Shown: one piece after another, positions 1 through 9,822 of the stretch
How the letters are laid out: every line of letters begins with the position of its first letter
Numbering within the stretch: position 1 is the stretch's first letter
From: an uncultured cyanobacterium
Lineage (GTDB): Bacteria; Cyanobacteriota; Cyanobacteriia; Cyanobacteriales; CAWUOF01
Direction of reading: 5' to 3'
Assembly: GCA_963744145.1 (NCBI GenBank)
Contig: CAVUSO010000001.1
Span: 2,720,001 to 2,784,000, forward strand
DNA: 64,000 nt
Position numbers and translations under genes: made by a program
Notes under the pieces: generated by a model
The model's input: the letters and a program-made list of their open reading frames with translations, nothing else
Databases searched by the model: none
What the model was told of the DNA's origin: nothing

Positions 1-267
1 GCAATTAATAGCGATCGGGATGGATATTTAGCGATGTATCATGATCAAGGTTTAATTCCAGTGAAGTTAATGGCTTTCGATCGCGCAGTTAACACTACGA
101 TTGGGTTACCATTTGTACGGACATCTCCTGATCATGGTACAGCTTTTGATATTGCAGGTAAAGGTATTGCTGATGCTGCTAGTATGAAAGCTGCGTTAGA
201 ATTAGCTGGGGAGTTAGTGAAGCAGCGTCTTGGTAATTGCCCCATCATACCGACTAAACTCCCTTAA
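1..267 (+). CDS. pdxA: 4-hydroxythreonine-4-phosphate dehydrogenase, C-terminal part (runs off window start)
   Basis: Frame open from base 1; PdxA motifs [12 protein letters not shown] and [21 protein letters not shown]. Confidence 0.93.
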   Translation, partial: AINSDRDGYLAMYHDQGLIPVKLMAFDRAVNTTIGLPFVRTSPDHGTAFDIAGKGIADAASMKAALELAGELVKQRLGNCPIIPTKLP

Positions 268-353
268 TATTCGAGTTTATTTGCGGTAGATGAGGGTTGA
301 CTATTGTTACTTTATGCTAGTTAGATCACCAGATAATTTCCCTTAGACAAGAG

Positions 354-660
354 TTAGTTCTGAGATGGTTTTTCTAGCGATCGACGGAGCTTGTCTAGTT
401 CAATATTTAAGATCACAGCAATATCTTCAATTTTAAACCCCCGTTCTAGTAAGAGATTTCCAATTTCTAACTTAGCCAATTCGCGAATTTCTTCACTAAT
501 TTCTTCGCGAATTTCTTGGTAAATTCTTGTCTGTTTTAAATCTCCGAGTTCCAGCATTTCTTCCAACTCCTTACGGCTTTTTAAGGAAAACTTATAAAAT
601 ACCACTCTTTCAATCAAGTCTATCACATCTCGCTGGATTTCAACATCAGCTAAAAATTTT
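354..660 (-). pseudogene. C-terminal fragment of Rpn/DUF2887-type protein
   Basis: IDLIERVVFYKF..KSRKELEEMLELGDLKQTRIYQE resembles the family C-terminus; N-terminal nuclease domain absent. Confidence 0.6.
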
Positions 661-754
661 AGCAGTTCCTGATCATTGTGATGGGAGTCGTTAACTGACG
701 ATCGCCACTAGGAATCGCGATCGCTTTAACTTGAGCAACAAATTTTCCATTATT

Positions 755-814
755 GTAGGGGCGGGTTCACCAGTAACTTCCAACTTTACCAACTAATAAT
801 AAAAACCCGCCCCC
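755..814. repeat. GTAG-type REP-like inverted repeat
   Basis: TGTAGGGGCGGGTT...AACCCGCCCC arms; same family at 59075-59137 and 59249-59437. Confidence 0.75.
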
Positions 815-1020
815 ACCCACAGATCAATCGTCAACAGCTCAATCTGATATTTAATTTATCTTCATTATGAATTGGGATAATATTTACCCTTGATCTGAAA
901 AACTAGATATTAAAATAAATCTCAACGATCAGTTTAGGGCGATCGCTGAGATTTATTTGGATGAAGTTAGCAAATACTATGTCGCCTAACTGCTTCCAGG
1001 TTTAATCTATTTAGTAAATC

Positions 1021-1320
1021 CTAGGAAGATTTGTTGATATTTTTATTCACAATCTCCGTTGGTTCATAAACTTTATTGAGATTCATGGTTGGGGTTAATG
1101 GGTATACTTTAGCTTCTACAGATTGTGTAGCTGAAGCTACTCGCACTGCTTTAGCCCGGATAATTTTAGTGGTAATTGCAGCCGTTTCCAATTGGGGCTC
1201 TTTTATTTCTGGCGCATCAACCATGGAAATATCCGGAACATTAGATGATACCTCAGAGCGATCGCTAACTAACCAACACTCGATGGCAAACAGGACAACA
1301 AACAAAACTATGCCAAACAT
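1021..1320 (-). CDS. hypothetical protein with N-terminal hydrophobic segment
   Basis: 99 aa ORF, AGGAG RBS upstream of ATG, hydrophobic N-terminus. Confidence 0.5.
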   Translation of the reverse strand: MFGIVLFVVLFAIECWLVSDRSEVSSNVPDISMVDAPEIKEPQLETAAITTKIIRAKAVRVASATQSVEAKVYPLTPTMNLNKVYEPTEIVNKNINKSS

Positions 1321-1562
1321 TATTAAACTCCTGTACTGATGGGGTCAAGTCAGGAAAACTAATCCCTCAGATGTAAACATTTAATTGGGTAATAAGCGTC
1401 AAGAGCAAAACTTATATACTGTTAGGTATATGAGCTGCTGATTTTAGGTTACAAGATATTTTAACCTTGAGAAAATCAGATTTCCAATATAATAAAAGAT
1501 TTAAAAGGGAAAACTGAACTGAAGTAGAACCTGACAAGCATGATCCTGGGAGTCAAAATAGC

Positions 1563-2180
1563 GTGATGGACGCGAAGAAATTTTTTGAGTTAAGTGCGGG
1601 TAAATGGCGATCGCTACGAACGACCCATCATCTTGCCTTTAGAAGGGCAGAACTGGGAGAATCGGTGATCGAGGTAAAAGATATATCACCAGAATCACCC
1701 GATGTATTGGAAATTTGCCAATTACATCAGATCGATCCCCAACAAGCAGTGAGTGCAGCCCTAGTTACTTGGGAAGCATCAATGGCATGGGACAAAGATG
1801 ATGAAAATCATTCTGGCTCAACGCTGATGGTCATTGTCCCCAATCCAGACAATCCGAGGGAGGGACAATTACTACGGGAAAGAGGATATGCGGAAATTGC
1901 CCCAGTCGCTGGTCAATTTCAGATGGATGAGAAAGAGGGAATGGTTTTGATTACGGAATATGAAACAATGAGTTCCATAGAGCGGTTCTGGTTTCCTAGC
2001 CCTAACATCCGAATGCGAACTAGCACAGTCAAGCGATTTGGGGGATTCAGCACAGCATCATTCTGTACCGAAAGCCGGATTGAATCTGACCCATCCTTGG
2101 GAAATCAGTTAGATGCGGTTTCGAGTTCAACACCACAAGCACATTCTGGTCATCAGTTTTACTCAGTTTTAGGCTGGTAA
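1563..2180 (+). CDS. cpcS: phycobiliprotein lyase, CpcS/CpeS family
   Basis: FFELSAGKWRSLRTTHHLAF, LLRERGYAE, ERFWFPSPNIRMRTS motifs; next to cpcG. Confidence 0.9.
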   Translation: MMDAKKFFELSAGKWRSLRTTHHLAFRRAELGESVIEVKDISPESPDVLEICQLHQIDPQQAVSAALVTWEASMAWDKDDENHSGSTLMVIVPNPDNPREGQLLRERGYAEIAPVAGQFQMDEKEGMVLITEYETMSSIERFWFPSPNIRMRTSTVKRFGGFSTASFCTESRIESDPSLGNQLDAVSSSTPQAHSGHQFYSVLGW

Positions 2181-2322
2181 GACAGAAAAATGTTACAGAT
2201 TGTTGCTTGAATTAAGAAAGATGAAACGAAGGTCGCCCTAATCCACTACGCTAGGGGTTGGCTAGTTTAAGCAGTCTGCTTTTGACCGATCGCTTGAAAA
2301 GTTTGAGATTATGGAGATTTAG

Positions 2323-3084
2323 ATGTCACTTCCTTTATTAAGTTATTCCCCATCAAGCCAAAATCAGCGCGTTGCTGGATATGAAAAGTTTGGTGAAGAA
2401 CAGCCCCGGATTTATACCACCGATAACGTTCCCTCACCAACAGAAATCGATGAGTTGATTTGGGCTGCCTATCGGCAAGTTTTTAGCGAACACCAAATGA
2501 TCAAAAGCAATCGCCAAGAGATTTTGGAATCTCAGCTAAAATATGGTCAGATTACCGTGCGTGATTTTATTCGGGGTTTAGTGACCAGCGGATCTTTCCA
2601 ACGTCTGAATTATGACCCAAATAGCAATTATCGTGTGGTGGAATTAATCGTCCAACGTCTGCTGGGACGAGATGTTTACAGCGAACGGGAAAAAATTGCT
2701 TGGTCAATTGTACTCGTGAATAAGGGATTATTAGGCTTTGTCAACGATATTCTCGATAGTGACGAGTATTTAAGCAACTTTGGTGATAATACAGTTCCCT
2801 ATCAGCGTCGGCGGATTTTGCCTCAGCAAGCTAAGGGAGAAGTACCCTTTAATTTGAAGACTCCTCGTTATGACGGTTACTATCGTGCTCAACTTGGATT
2901 CCCCCAAATCATTTGGCAAAACGAAGTTCGTCGGTTCGTTCCTCAAGACAAGAAAGCCAAAGCAGGCGATCCGATAAACTTCTTAGACTTGGCAAAAGCG
3001 ATTGCACCAAAAGGCAATCCAGTTCCTCGTGTTTCTGCCCAAAATATTGATATTGAGGCTACTGTACCTTATCGTCGTCGCTAA
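2323..3084 (+). CDS. cpcG: phycobilisome rod-core linker polypeptide
   Basis: [52 protein letters not shown]. Confidence 0.93.
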   Translation: MSLPLLSYSPSSQNQRVAGYEKFGEEQPRIYTTDNVPSPTEIDELIWAAYRQVFSEHQMIKSNRQEILESQLKYGQITVRDFIRGLVTSGSFQRLNYDPNSNYRVVELIVQRLLGRDVYSEREKIAWSIVLVNKGLLGFVNDILDSDEYLSNFGDNTVPYQRRRILPQQAKGEVPFNLKTPRYDGYYRAQLGFPQIIWQNEVRRFVPQDKKAKAGDPINFLDLAKAIAPKGNPVPRVSAQNIDIEATVPYRRR

Positions 3085-3115
3085 TATTTCAGCACTGAAT
3101 TAATTGTTTTTATTG

Positions 3116-3187
3116 CTAGGGGCAAAGAATTCTTGGGCAATGAGATGGTTTAATCCTGATTTTGACCTAAGAATATTTTGCCCCTAG
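3116..3187. terminator. long inverted repeat between convergent cpcG and rluA-like genes (likely bidirectional terminator, REP-derived)
   Basis: CTAGGGGCAAAGAATTCTTGGG ... CCTAAGAATATTTTGCCCCTAG. Confidence 0.6.
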
Positions 3188-3192
3188 ATTTT

Positions 3193-4119
3193 TTAAGCAT
3201 AGGACCTTCTGCGTAATACTTCTAAGAGAGTGGTAAACTCCTGGGGCAAAGGAGCGATCGCTTCAATCCATGCTTTAGTGACAGGATGTTGTAATCTTAA
3301 ACATCGAGCGTGGAGAGCTTGTCCGGTCAGATTAACTCCAATATCTCGACCATGACTATAGAGTGGATCACCAACAATTGGATGTCCAATAAAAGCACTG
3401 TGAACTCGAATTTGATGAGTTCTGCCAGTTTCTAATTGAAAACGTAGTAAAGTATAGTTGCCTAATCGTTCCTGAATTTGCCAATGAGTGATGGAAAAAC
3501 GTCCTCCTTGTTCTAGGGGAACTACAGCGTTTTTTTGGCGATCGCGAGGATGACGACCAATGGGTTGATCGATTTTTCCGCTTTCGGTTTTCGGGACACC
3601 ATAAACTATACCTAAATATTCACGACGGGCTGTTTTTGCTTTGAATTGAGCTTGGAGATTTTCATGAGCTAAATCAGTTTTCGCGATCGCGATCGCTCCA
3701 GTAGTATTTTGATCAAGTCGATGCACAATTCCTGGTCGATACACCCCACCAATACTCGATAAGGGACAATAAGCTAACAGTGCATTGACTAAAGTTCCAT
3801 TTAGATGACCCGCAGATGGATGAACTACTAAACCAGCAGGTTTATTGATGATGAGTAGTTGTTCATCTTCATACAGAATATCAAGGGGAATATTTTCTGG
3901 TTTTGCTGTTGCGGCTTGGGGTTCAGGAATGATAATATGAATGCGATCGCGATTTTTTACTTGGTAGTTCTTAGTTGATTGGATTTGTTCATTAACTTGC
4001 ACACAACCTTGTTCAATTAGCTTTTGAATACGCGATCGAGATAGCTGAGGTAATTCCGTGGCTATATAAGTGTCAAGACGATCGCTAGTTTGGTCTACTT
4101 CGAGATGAAATTCGTTCAC
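3193..4119 (-). CDS. RluA-family 23S rRNA pseudouridine synthase (RluD-like)
   Basis: S4 domain, NKPAGLVVHP, GIVHRLDQNTTG catalytic motif, LETGRTHQIRVH. Confidence 0.92.
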   Translation of the reverse strand: MNEFHLEVDQTSDRLDTYIATELPQLSRSRIQKLIEQGCVQVNEQIQSTKNYQVKNRDRIHIIIPEPQAATAKPENIPLDILYEDEQLLIINKPAGLVVHPSAGHLNGTLVNALLAYCPLSSIGGVYRPGIVHRLDQNTTGAIAIAKTDLAHENLQAQFKAKTARREYLGIVYGVPKTESGKIDQPIGRHPRDRQKNAVVPLEQGGRFSITHWQIQERLGNYTLLRFQLETGRTHQIRVHSAFIGHPIVGDPLYSHGRDIGVNLTGQALHARCLRLQHPVTKAWIEAIAPLPQEFTTLLEVLRRRSYA

Positions 4120-4316
4120 AATAGATTTGAGATTAATATCTAAATTATAGCAATTTCGGCAATTATTTTTCTAGTCAAATTAAACTTTTTTCGAGGCTAA
4201 TTTTTCATTAACTGACCTTTATTATAATAGAAAGCTAGCAATAGTAGACAACTATAGTAATTCTATTAAAAGTTTTCGTCTGTCTGCTGTTTTGCTAGCT
4301 AGGTAGCAAAAACAAA

Positions 4317-5150
4317 CTACTTCATTGGTGATTTACCTAAGTTTTGAAGCTTTGTATTAAGTTGATCTTTTCGTTTTTGAAGCTTTTTGGGATGAACAAA
4401 CCTAAAATCAAACAGGTCATTCAATACTTCGATTAACCACTCTGCCTCACCTGTTTCAACAGCTACAATTTCACCAGTATTTGTATCTTTCATGGGATGA
4501 GCAGCAAGGTTTCCAATCTGTCTTATAGCATCTACTGCATCGGTTAAGTAAGATGGAATGCCAGGTATTGTTATAAAAACATTAATTTCGCTAGCCAGAC
4601 TCTTGTCACGTACAGCAATATTATATTCATCTCTAAGGATATTTTGAAGGATTCGTCTACTAAGCGCAGCACTTGCCATAGGACTTACATGAAGCACCAT
4701 TACTGCTTCACGAAAATCACCTGCATATTTCTCAGGTACTTCAGGAGGAAGAACAACTTTTTTCATGTAAGGATAGATTGAGATTACTTTTCCACCAAAT
4801 GACAAATCGAAAACATCATACGTCGCATTATCTATCGGACTGATAATAATTGCTTGTGCTTGCACAAATATAGTCTGATCACAACTAGGACAACTACAAA
4901 TAAAATCAAACAACAAATTTTCAGGAGCATCAGAAACGTCACGAAACGTTATGCTATCTTCCTCATCAGTTTCAAAACGCTTAATTGAACTGTCTAGCCT
5001 CATAACTGAGTAAATTTGACAATGTGGACAAGTAAGAGATAATGACTTTGGTATTACATCTAATAACTTGAGATATGTATATCGGTAATCCCCGTCCATA
5101 TATTGGTTGCAGTATTCAGTTTTAAATTCAACATCGAATTTAGTCTTCAT
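4317..5150 (-). CDS. DUF4145 (HEPN-like) domain protein with N-terminal CxxC pairs
   Basis: CPHC and CPSC; ASAALSRRILQ and IRQIGNLAAH (RxxGNxAAH) motifs. Confidence 0.75.
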   Translation of the reverse strand: MKTKFDVEFKTEYCNQYMDGDYRYTYLKLLDVIPKSLSLTCPHCQIYSVMRLDSSIKRFETDEEDSITFRDVSDAPENLLFDFICSCPSCDQTIFVQAQAIIISPIDNATYDVFDLSFGGKVISIYPYMKKVVLPPEVPEKYAGDFREAVMVLHVSPMASAALSRRILQNILRDEYNIAVRDKSLASEINVFITIPGIPSYLTDAVDAIRQIGNLAAHPMKDTNTGEIVAVETGEAEWLIEVLNDLFDFRFVHPKKLQKRKDQLNTKLQNLGKSPMK

Positions 5151-5516
5151 ATTGTACCTTCTACTTCAAACCTATCAAATGTTTCTCTAATAACAACTAT
5201 GATTATCTTAAGGACTTGTCACTTGTCATTCCCTACCCATACATTTCAAAATTGCTCTGACCGGAAAGCATAATTGCTTATATTTCTGCCTTTAAGTATG
5301 CCCTTCTAGACAAAATTACGGACTAAATATTAATCATACTGCACTTCTGCACAATAGTTCATTATAAGTATTACATCGTAAGCATTATAATCTTTAAACT
5401 TAGATTTTTAAAGTTTACACAACTATATAGTACAGAATCCTGAAATACTTGTCAAGTGAGTAACAAGGTAAAAAATTCTGATCCATTGGCATTTTAGGAG
5501 AGCTGTCATTCAAACC

Positions 5517-5708
5517 ATGCCCAAAAGTTTTATTCTGCCAATGAATCAACTACTTAACTTGGCATTAGCTATGTTCAGTCAAGTTGGAATGCTCGGTGGT
5601 ATTGTATCACTAGGTATCATAGGATTAACCTCAGATCCACTGAGCAAATATGGATTAACAACACTGCTTAAAACAATACTCCGGACAGTTTTTTCTACGA
5701 GGTGGTAA
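5517..5708 (+). pseudogene. probable remnant of a small glycine-rich membrane protein
   Basis: GMLGGIVSLGIIGL..LSKYGL hydrophobic segment in otherwise AT-rich, ORF-poor DNA. Confidence 0.3.
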
Positions 5709-6151
5709 GCTTTACAGGGCACTAATACTGTTATGTGCCGATTTATTTACAGGTTAGCTCAGTAGCATACTTTGATAAAAATGGTCACAGTTATGAATGC
5801 TCTGGCTTTTAGCCGCTAAAAACCCCCAAAATTTTGTCCGCAGTATTGTTATTGAACAAATATAATAATGTCACTAAACTCATCTAAGCGTGTCTCCATT
5901 AAATTACCCTTGTAGTTTCTCAATAATATTTGAGTCATTCATTTGTTTACTCCTGGCTAATTTTCAAGAAATATAATCATACTTGATGAATTAGATGATC
6001 CAGTTAATACTTGATTGATATGAAATAGTATGTGCGATCGCATCCCCCAAAAATAAGCGGGCATTAAATGAAAAAATCAACCAGATGGGCTTTGTGCCGA
6101 AGAGGTAAGAGAAAATCGGTTTATACTGGAAAATATCAAGCAGGAATTGGT

Positions 6152-6442
6152 ATGACACAAAGTATTAAGTTACGTTCTCGCGTCGGTGAAGATGGTATTT
6201 TACATTTGGACTTTCCGATTGGGTTAACTGATAGTGACTTGGAAGTAACGGTAACGTTTAAGAAAGTTACAACAGGGACGAAAACACCAGAAGAATTAGG
6301 CTGGGAACCGGGTTTCTTCGAGAGAACCTATGGGAGCTGTGCTGCTGATCCCATTGTCATTGATCATGATGGGATATCAGCAGAAGTGGATGATAATGTA
6401 GATGCTATCTCCATCATCAGGGGATCGCGATCGCCGCAATGA
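6152..6442 (+). CDS. small hypothetical protein, antitoxin-like
   Basis: MTQSIKLRSRVGEDGILHL...PEELGWEPGFFERTYGSC is a common cyanobacterial small-protein pattern; AGGA RBS before ATG 6152. Confidence 0.6.
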   Translation: MTQSIKLRSRVGEDGILHLDFPIGLTDSDLEVTVTFKKVTTGTKTPEELGWEPGFFERTYGSCAADPIVIDHDGISAEVDDNVDAISIIRGSRSPQ

Positions 6443-6481
6443 AACCACAAAAGAACGGACAGGATTAGTATGCTTTAGCAA

Positions 6482-6739
6482 CTACACTGATTCTAAATGT
6501 GTTACTGGAATTTGCTCAGTCCTTTCCGGTGATTTTGCTCCTGTTGCAATCTCATGAACCCTATGCAGAATGTTTGCTGAATAATACCGATTACCGCAAT
6601 TGTCACAGACTCCGATTGCTACATCCTCAAGAATAACAAATCCATCTCGATGCTTAAATGCCTCACGCTTGACTGTGCGGGGGTTAACTGTACCTTCGCA
6701 ATATTCACACCTGTATCCGTACATATCTCTAGCCCTCAA
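6482..6739 (-). CDS. YgiT-type zinc-finger protein (MqsA-like antitoxin)
   Basis: CEYC...VCDNCG..YY; overlaps upstream DUF4258 gene. Confidence 0.8.
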   Translation of the reverse strand: MRARDMYGYRCEYCEGTVNPRTVKREAFKHRDGFVILEDVAIGVCDNCGNRYYSANILHRVHEIATGAKSPERTEQIPVTHLESV

Positions 6740-7025
6740 GTTCTGTAACTTCGTAAACTGTGATAATTAAATAGCGTCCGCTACTAGCGAAACGTCCAAC
6801 TACACCAACCGAAGTTTGTTGATCTAGCGCCATCCCCACTACTATATATTTTGTGCCTCTGGGGTCATCTTTTTCAACTCGAATAACTTGACCGTTTAAA
6901 ACAACTTCTTCCACATCTAAGATGGTCAGAAAATCTTCAGCCATTTCCTCCATTGCATGGGCTGACATATCGTATTGGCGTAGTCTAACTTTCTCTCTAA
7001 TTCGGTCAATGTCCCTACGAGGCAC
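6729..7025 (-). CDS. DUF4258 protein (putative toxin of TA pair)
   Basis: SAHA.EEM.ED....DVEEVVLNG....DDPRG.KY...IITVY pattern. Confidence 0.8.
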   Translation of the reverse strand: MPRRDIDRIREKVRLRQYDMSAHAMEEMAEDFLTILDVEEVVLNGQVIRVEKDDPRGTKYIVVGMALDQQTSVGVVGRFASSGRYLIITVYEVTELEG

Positions 7026-7029
7026 AAGC

Positions 7030-7262
7030 TTATTTCAATAACATCCTACCAATTATATCAAGATGCTTAGATGATAAAAGTTGTTGTAAGAAAGGAAGAT
7101 AACCCACGATCGCTAACCCACACAGAGGGGAAGTGTCACTCACAACAATCACAGCCATCCCTTCGCAGTCAAATTTTGGATATCTTCCTGCAATTCAACC
7201 ACATCATAATGAATATTGATCCCGCGATCGGCAATTAAGTGCTGAAAACGAATTTGCGACAT
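7030..7262 (-). pseudogene. remnant of UPF0175 antitoxin / DUF3368 PIN toxin pair
   Basis: 7262-7149 reads MSQIRFQHLIADRGINIHYDVVELQEDIQNLTAKGWL*; GTGA overlap into 7152-7030 VIVVSDTSPLCGLAIVGYLPFLQQL then early stop. Confidence 0.7.
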
Positions 7263-7945
7263 ATTTGGCATTAGTCCCTTCTGCTCTCGCTATTCCTACT
7301 GTCATGTGCCATACCATACTGAATACCACGACCACTTGAAACAAAGTGGCATATCTATATTGTTGTCTCTCCTCTTCTTCTCGTTTTCTCTTGGTTCTAC
7401 TCTTCTCGGTTCTCATTTGCCTCTTGCTCCTCTTCTTCGCTCTTATAGCTATTCTTTTGGTTTGCTGGTTTTGTAATCTTATCCTATCTCTATCTTTCTA
7501 TCCCACCGCAAATATGAGATGATCTATAAAGAGGGTTCTGGTCCTGAGAGTGCTATCTGCTTCCTCCCGTTGGTGGAATATAACTTGTATATACTCGTCA
7601 CAGGATATTATAACTATATTTGGGGATTAAAATTTATAAAATCGAAATTGTTGGTTGGTTTTGATGCTAATGGGTGGGATGGCGATCGCTGCCCCTAACC
7701 AAACCCTTGTATAACATATCCTATTTCTCGCTTGGTGGCGGATGGCGATTGCCAAATTGGTTCAAGAAATTAAAAATTACCAGTATCTCTAACAATGTCA
7801 GGAATCTCATATATACATCTCAAGCTATTTGAGATTGGTTGTTTATCTGCAATCATCTCGTTTTGACTATTAAATTTGTGGAGGCGATCGCTAATAATTA
7901 ATGATAAAATAGTTAAATTATCATCACCAGTTTACTGTATTTTTT

Positions 7946-8935
7946 ATGAACAATCCTACTCGTTTACCACCAAACTTCGATCTACCACTACTATCAAGGC
8001 AGAATTTGCCAACCATGTACGATTTACCTAGTGAAGATCCAGAGGAGCCAGGATTGGCAGATATTTTTCACCTCGACCAACCACAATTTTTAGAGTATAC
8101 TTTCCAACCGGAGAACTACGATCCAGAACAAGTGTTTAGCGCGATCGACCTCTATCTTTACTATGATATTAACCACCCGAACTGGCACAAGCGCCCCGAT
8201 TGGTTTGCAGTTGTCGGTGTCCCATCTTTATACGATGGCTGGGACTTGCGTTTGAGCTACGTGATGTGGCAAGAACAAGTTAGCCCCATAGTCGTAGTTG
8301 AGTTATTGTCACCTAGTACAGAAAAAGAAGATTTAGGACAGACCGTTAGTCAACCGGGTTCTCCACCAACCAAATGGGAGGTTTACGAGCAAATTCTGCA
8401 AGTTCCCTACTATGTACTTTTCAGCCGCAACACTAATCAGATGCAGACTTTCCAACTGATTGATGGTAAATATCAACCTGCGAATCTGACTGATGGACGT
8501 TTGATAATTCCCCAAATCGGACTAAGTTTAGGTCTTTGGTACGGGTCTTTTAAGAATAAATCCCGGTTGTGGTTGCGCTGGTTTACAGCGCAAGGAAATT
8601 TGATTCTTACTCCTGAAGAGAAATTGGTCGAAGCTCAACAGGAAACGATCGTGGCTAAACTGCAAGCTGATCAAGCTCAACAGGAAACGCTCGCGGCTAA
8701 ACTACAAGCTGATCAAGCTCAACAGGAAACGCTCGCGGCTAAACTACAAGCTGATCAAGCTCAACAGGAAACGCTCGCGGCTAAACTACAAGCTGATCAA
8801 GCTCAACAGGATGCGCTCGCGGCTAAACTACAAGCTGATCAAGCTCAACAGGATGCGCTCGCGGCTAAACTGCAAGCGGCTAAACTAGAGGCTAAACTAA
8901 GAGAGTTGGGTATTGATCCAAATACCTTGGTTTGA
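7946..8935 (+). CDS. Uma2/DUF820 family endonuclease-like protein with coiled-coil repeat tail
   Basis: LPTMYDLPSEDPEEPG, RPDWF, VVELLSPST, KWEVYEQIL, LRELGIDP C-terminus. Confidence 0.88.
   Translation: MNNPTRLPPNFDLPLLSRQNLPTMYDLPSEDPEEPGLADIFHLDQPQFLEYTFQPENYDPEQVFSAIDLYLYYDINHPNWHKRPDWFAVVGVPSLYDGWDLRLSYVMWQEQVSPIVVVELLSPSTEKEDLGQTVSQPGSPPTKWEVYEQILQVPYYVLFSRNTNQMQTFQLIDGKYQPANLTDGRLIIPQIGLSLGLWYGSFKNKSRLWLRWFTAQGNLILTPEEKLVEAQQETIVAKLQADQAQQETLAAKLQADQAQQETLAAKLQADQAQQETLAAKLQADQAQQDALAAKLQADQAQQDALAAKLQAAKLEAKLRELGIDPNTLV
8632..8877 (+). repeat. 42-bp tandem repeat (QADQAQQETLAAKL), about 6 copies
   Basis: CAAGCTGATCAAGCTCAACAGGAAACGCTCGCGGCTAAACTA repeated. Confidence 0.9.
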
Positions 8936-9260
8936 TTAGAGGCGATCGCTGAATATTTTAAATGATGGTAGTTGGGGCGATCGCCGCCAATCTCCCAACC
9001 CTTGTAATTCATCTATTATATCTCAGTTGTGGCGAATAGCGATCGCCGCAAAGAAACAACAACAGGAAGCACAGAATTATTATGCTTCAGCAACTACTAT
9101 GATTCTAAATGTATAACTGGAATTTTGCAAAAACTTTCTCCTGATTAGATCAAAATTCTGAGATGATTGAGGAGATTTTATCCCAACAAGAGCTAAATAA
9201 TATGGTCTGAGATTGGCGATCGCTTGGAGCTGATCTTATCCTAGCATTTCTTTCCTAATT

Positions 9261-9461
9261 TCAGATTTCGCTCTGTAATTCTCGTAGCATTGACACCGAG
9301 AAAGTTAGCTCTGGATGTAATACTTCAATTTCATAATTAGTAAGAAAATCTTCAGGAAAATCATTAATATTAAATGTGATGATTTGATTGACTCCATCAG
9401 CGATCGCTGCTGCTAAAATATAGTTAAAACTGGACGCTTTTTGAGGACATTGCGTATCCAC
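9261..9461 (-). pseudogene. fragment of PIN-domain protein C-terminus
   Basis: LAAAIADGVNQIITFNINDFP...IEVLHP motif without N-terminal PIN residues. Confidence 0.55.
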
Positions 9462-9476
9462 TCATCATGAATTAAA

Positions 9477-9683
9477 TTAGTCCATTTCGCTCGAAACAGG
9501 ACCAACAACACAGACAGGTTGCTTAGGTATTAAAGTTACTTGAGATTCTAATTTATAAAGTCGTGCTGGCCAATAAGTTCCTAGACACTTGATTCTTCCC
9601 AACTGTGCTGAAGAAATTGTTTCATTAATAATTCCCGCGATCGCTTCAGGAAATAATTCCGGTTTATCATTAGTAAAAAACAT
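9477..9683 (-). CDS. NfeD-like small OB-fold protein (C-terminus possibly truncated)
   Basis: G.I.ETI....GRIK..GTYWPARLY....P.QPV.VVG pattern. Confidence 0.65.
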   Translation of the reverse strand: MFFTNDKPELFPEAIAGIINETISSAQLGRIKCLGTYWPARLYKLESQVTLIPKQPVCVVGPVSSEMD

Positions 9684-9716
9684 TTTTGGCTTACCTAAAA
9701 CTCAATTGATTAAGAT

Positions 9717-9734
9717 ATTTAGCAACATCAATTT
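9717..9734. promoter_or_regulatory. 18-bp motif, copy 1 (upstream of NfeD-like gene)
   Basis: ATTTAGCAACATCAATTT identical to 11478-11495; function inferred. Confidence 0.45.
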
Positions 9735-9822
9735 CTAGGATTACACTAGGTTGAAAACCCAACTAATTATTCAATCAAGTTGGGCGCTAACTAAACTGCA
9801 TTAGGATGAAAACAATCAGAGT

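Noticed and set aside
5750..5775. GGTTAGCTCAGTAG resembling a tRNA D-arm
   Set aside because: No T-arm (GTTCRA) or acceptor stem follows
7204..7416. 70-aa minus-strand ORF
   Set aside because: Low-complexity purine run overlapping the UPF0175 remnant in another frame; probably spurious
4200..9480. Integron cassette array interpretation of the fragment mosaic
   Set aside because: No integrase and no convincing attC sites (RYYYAAC...GTTRRRY) identified by eye; IntegronFinder would be needed to exclude it
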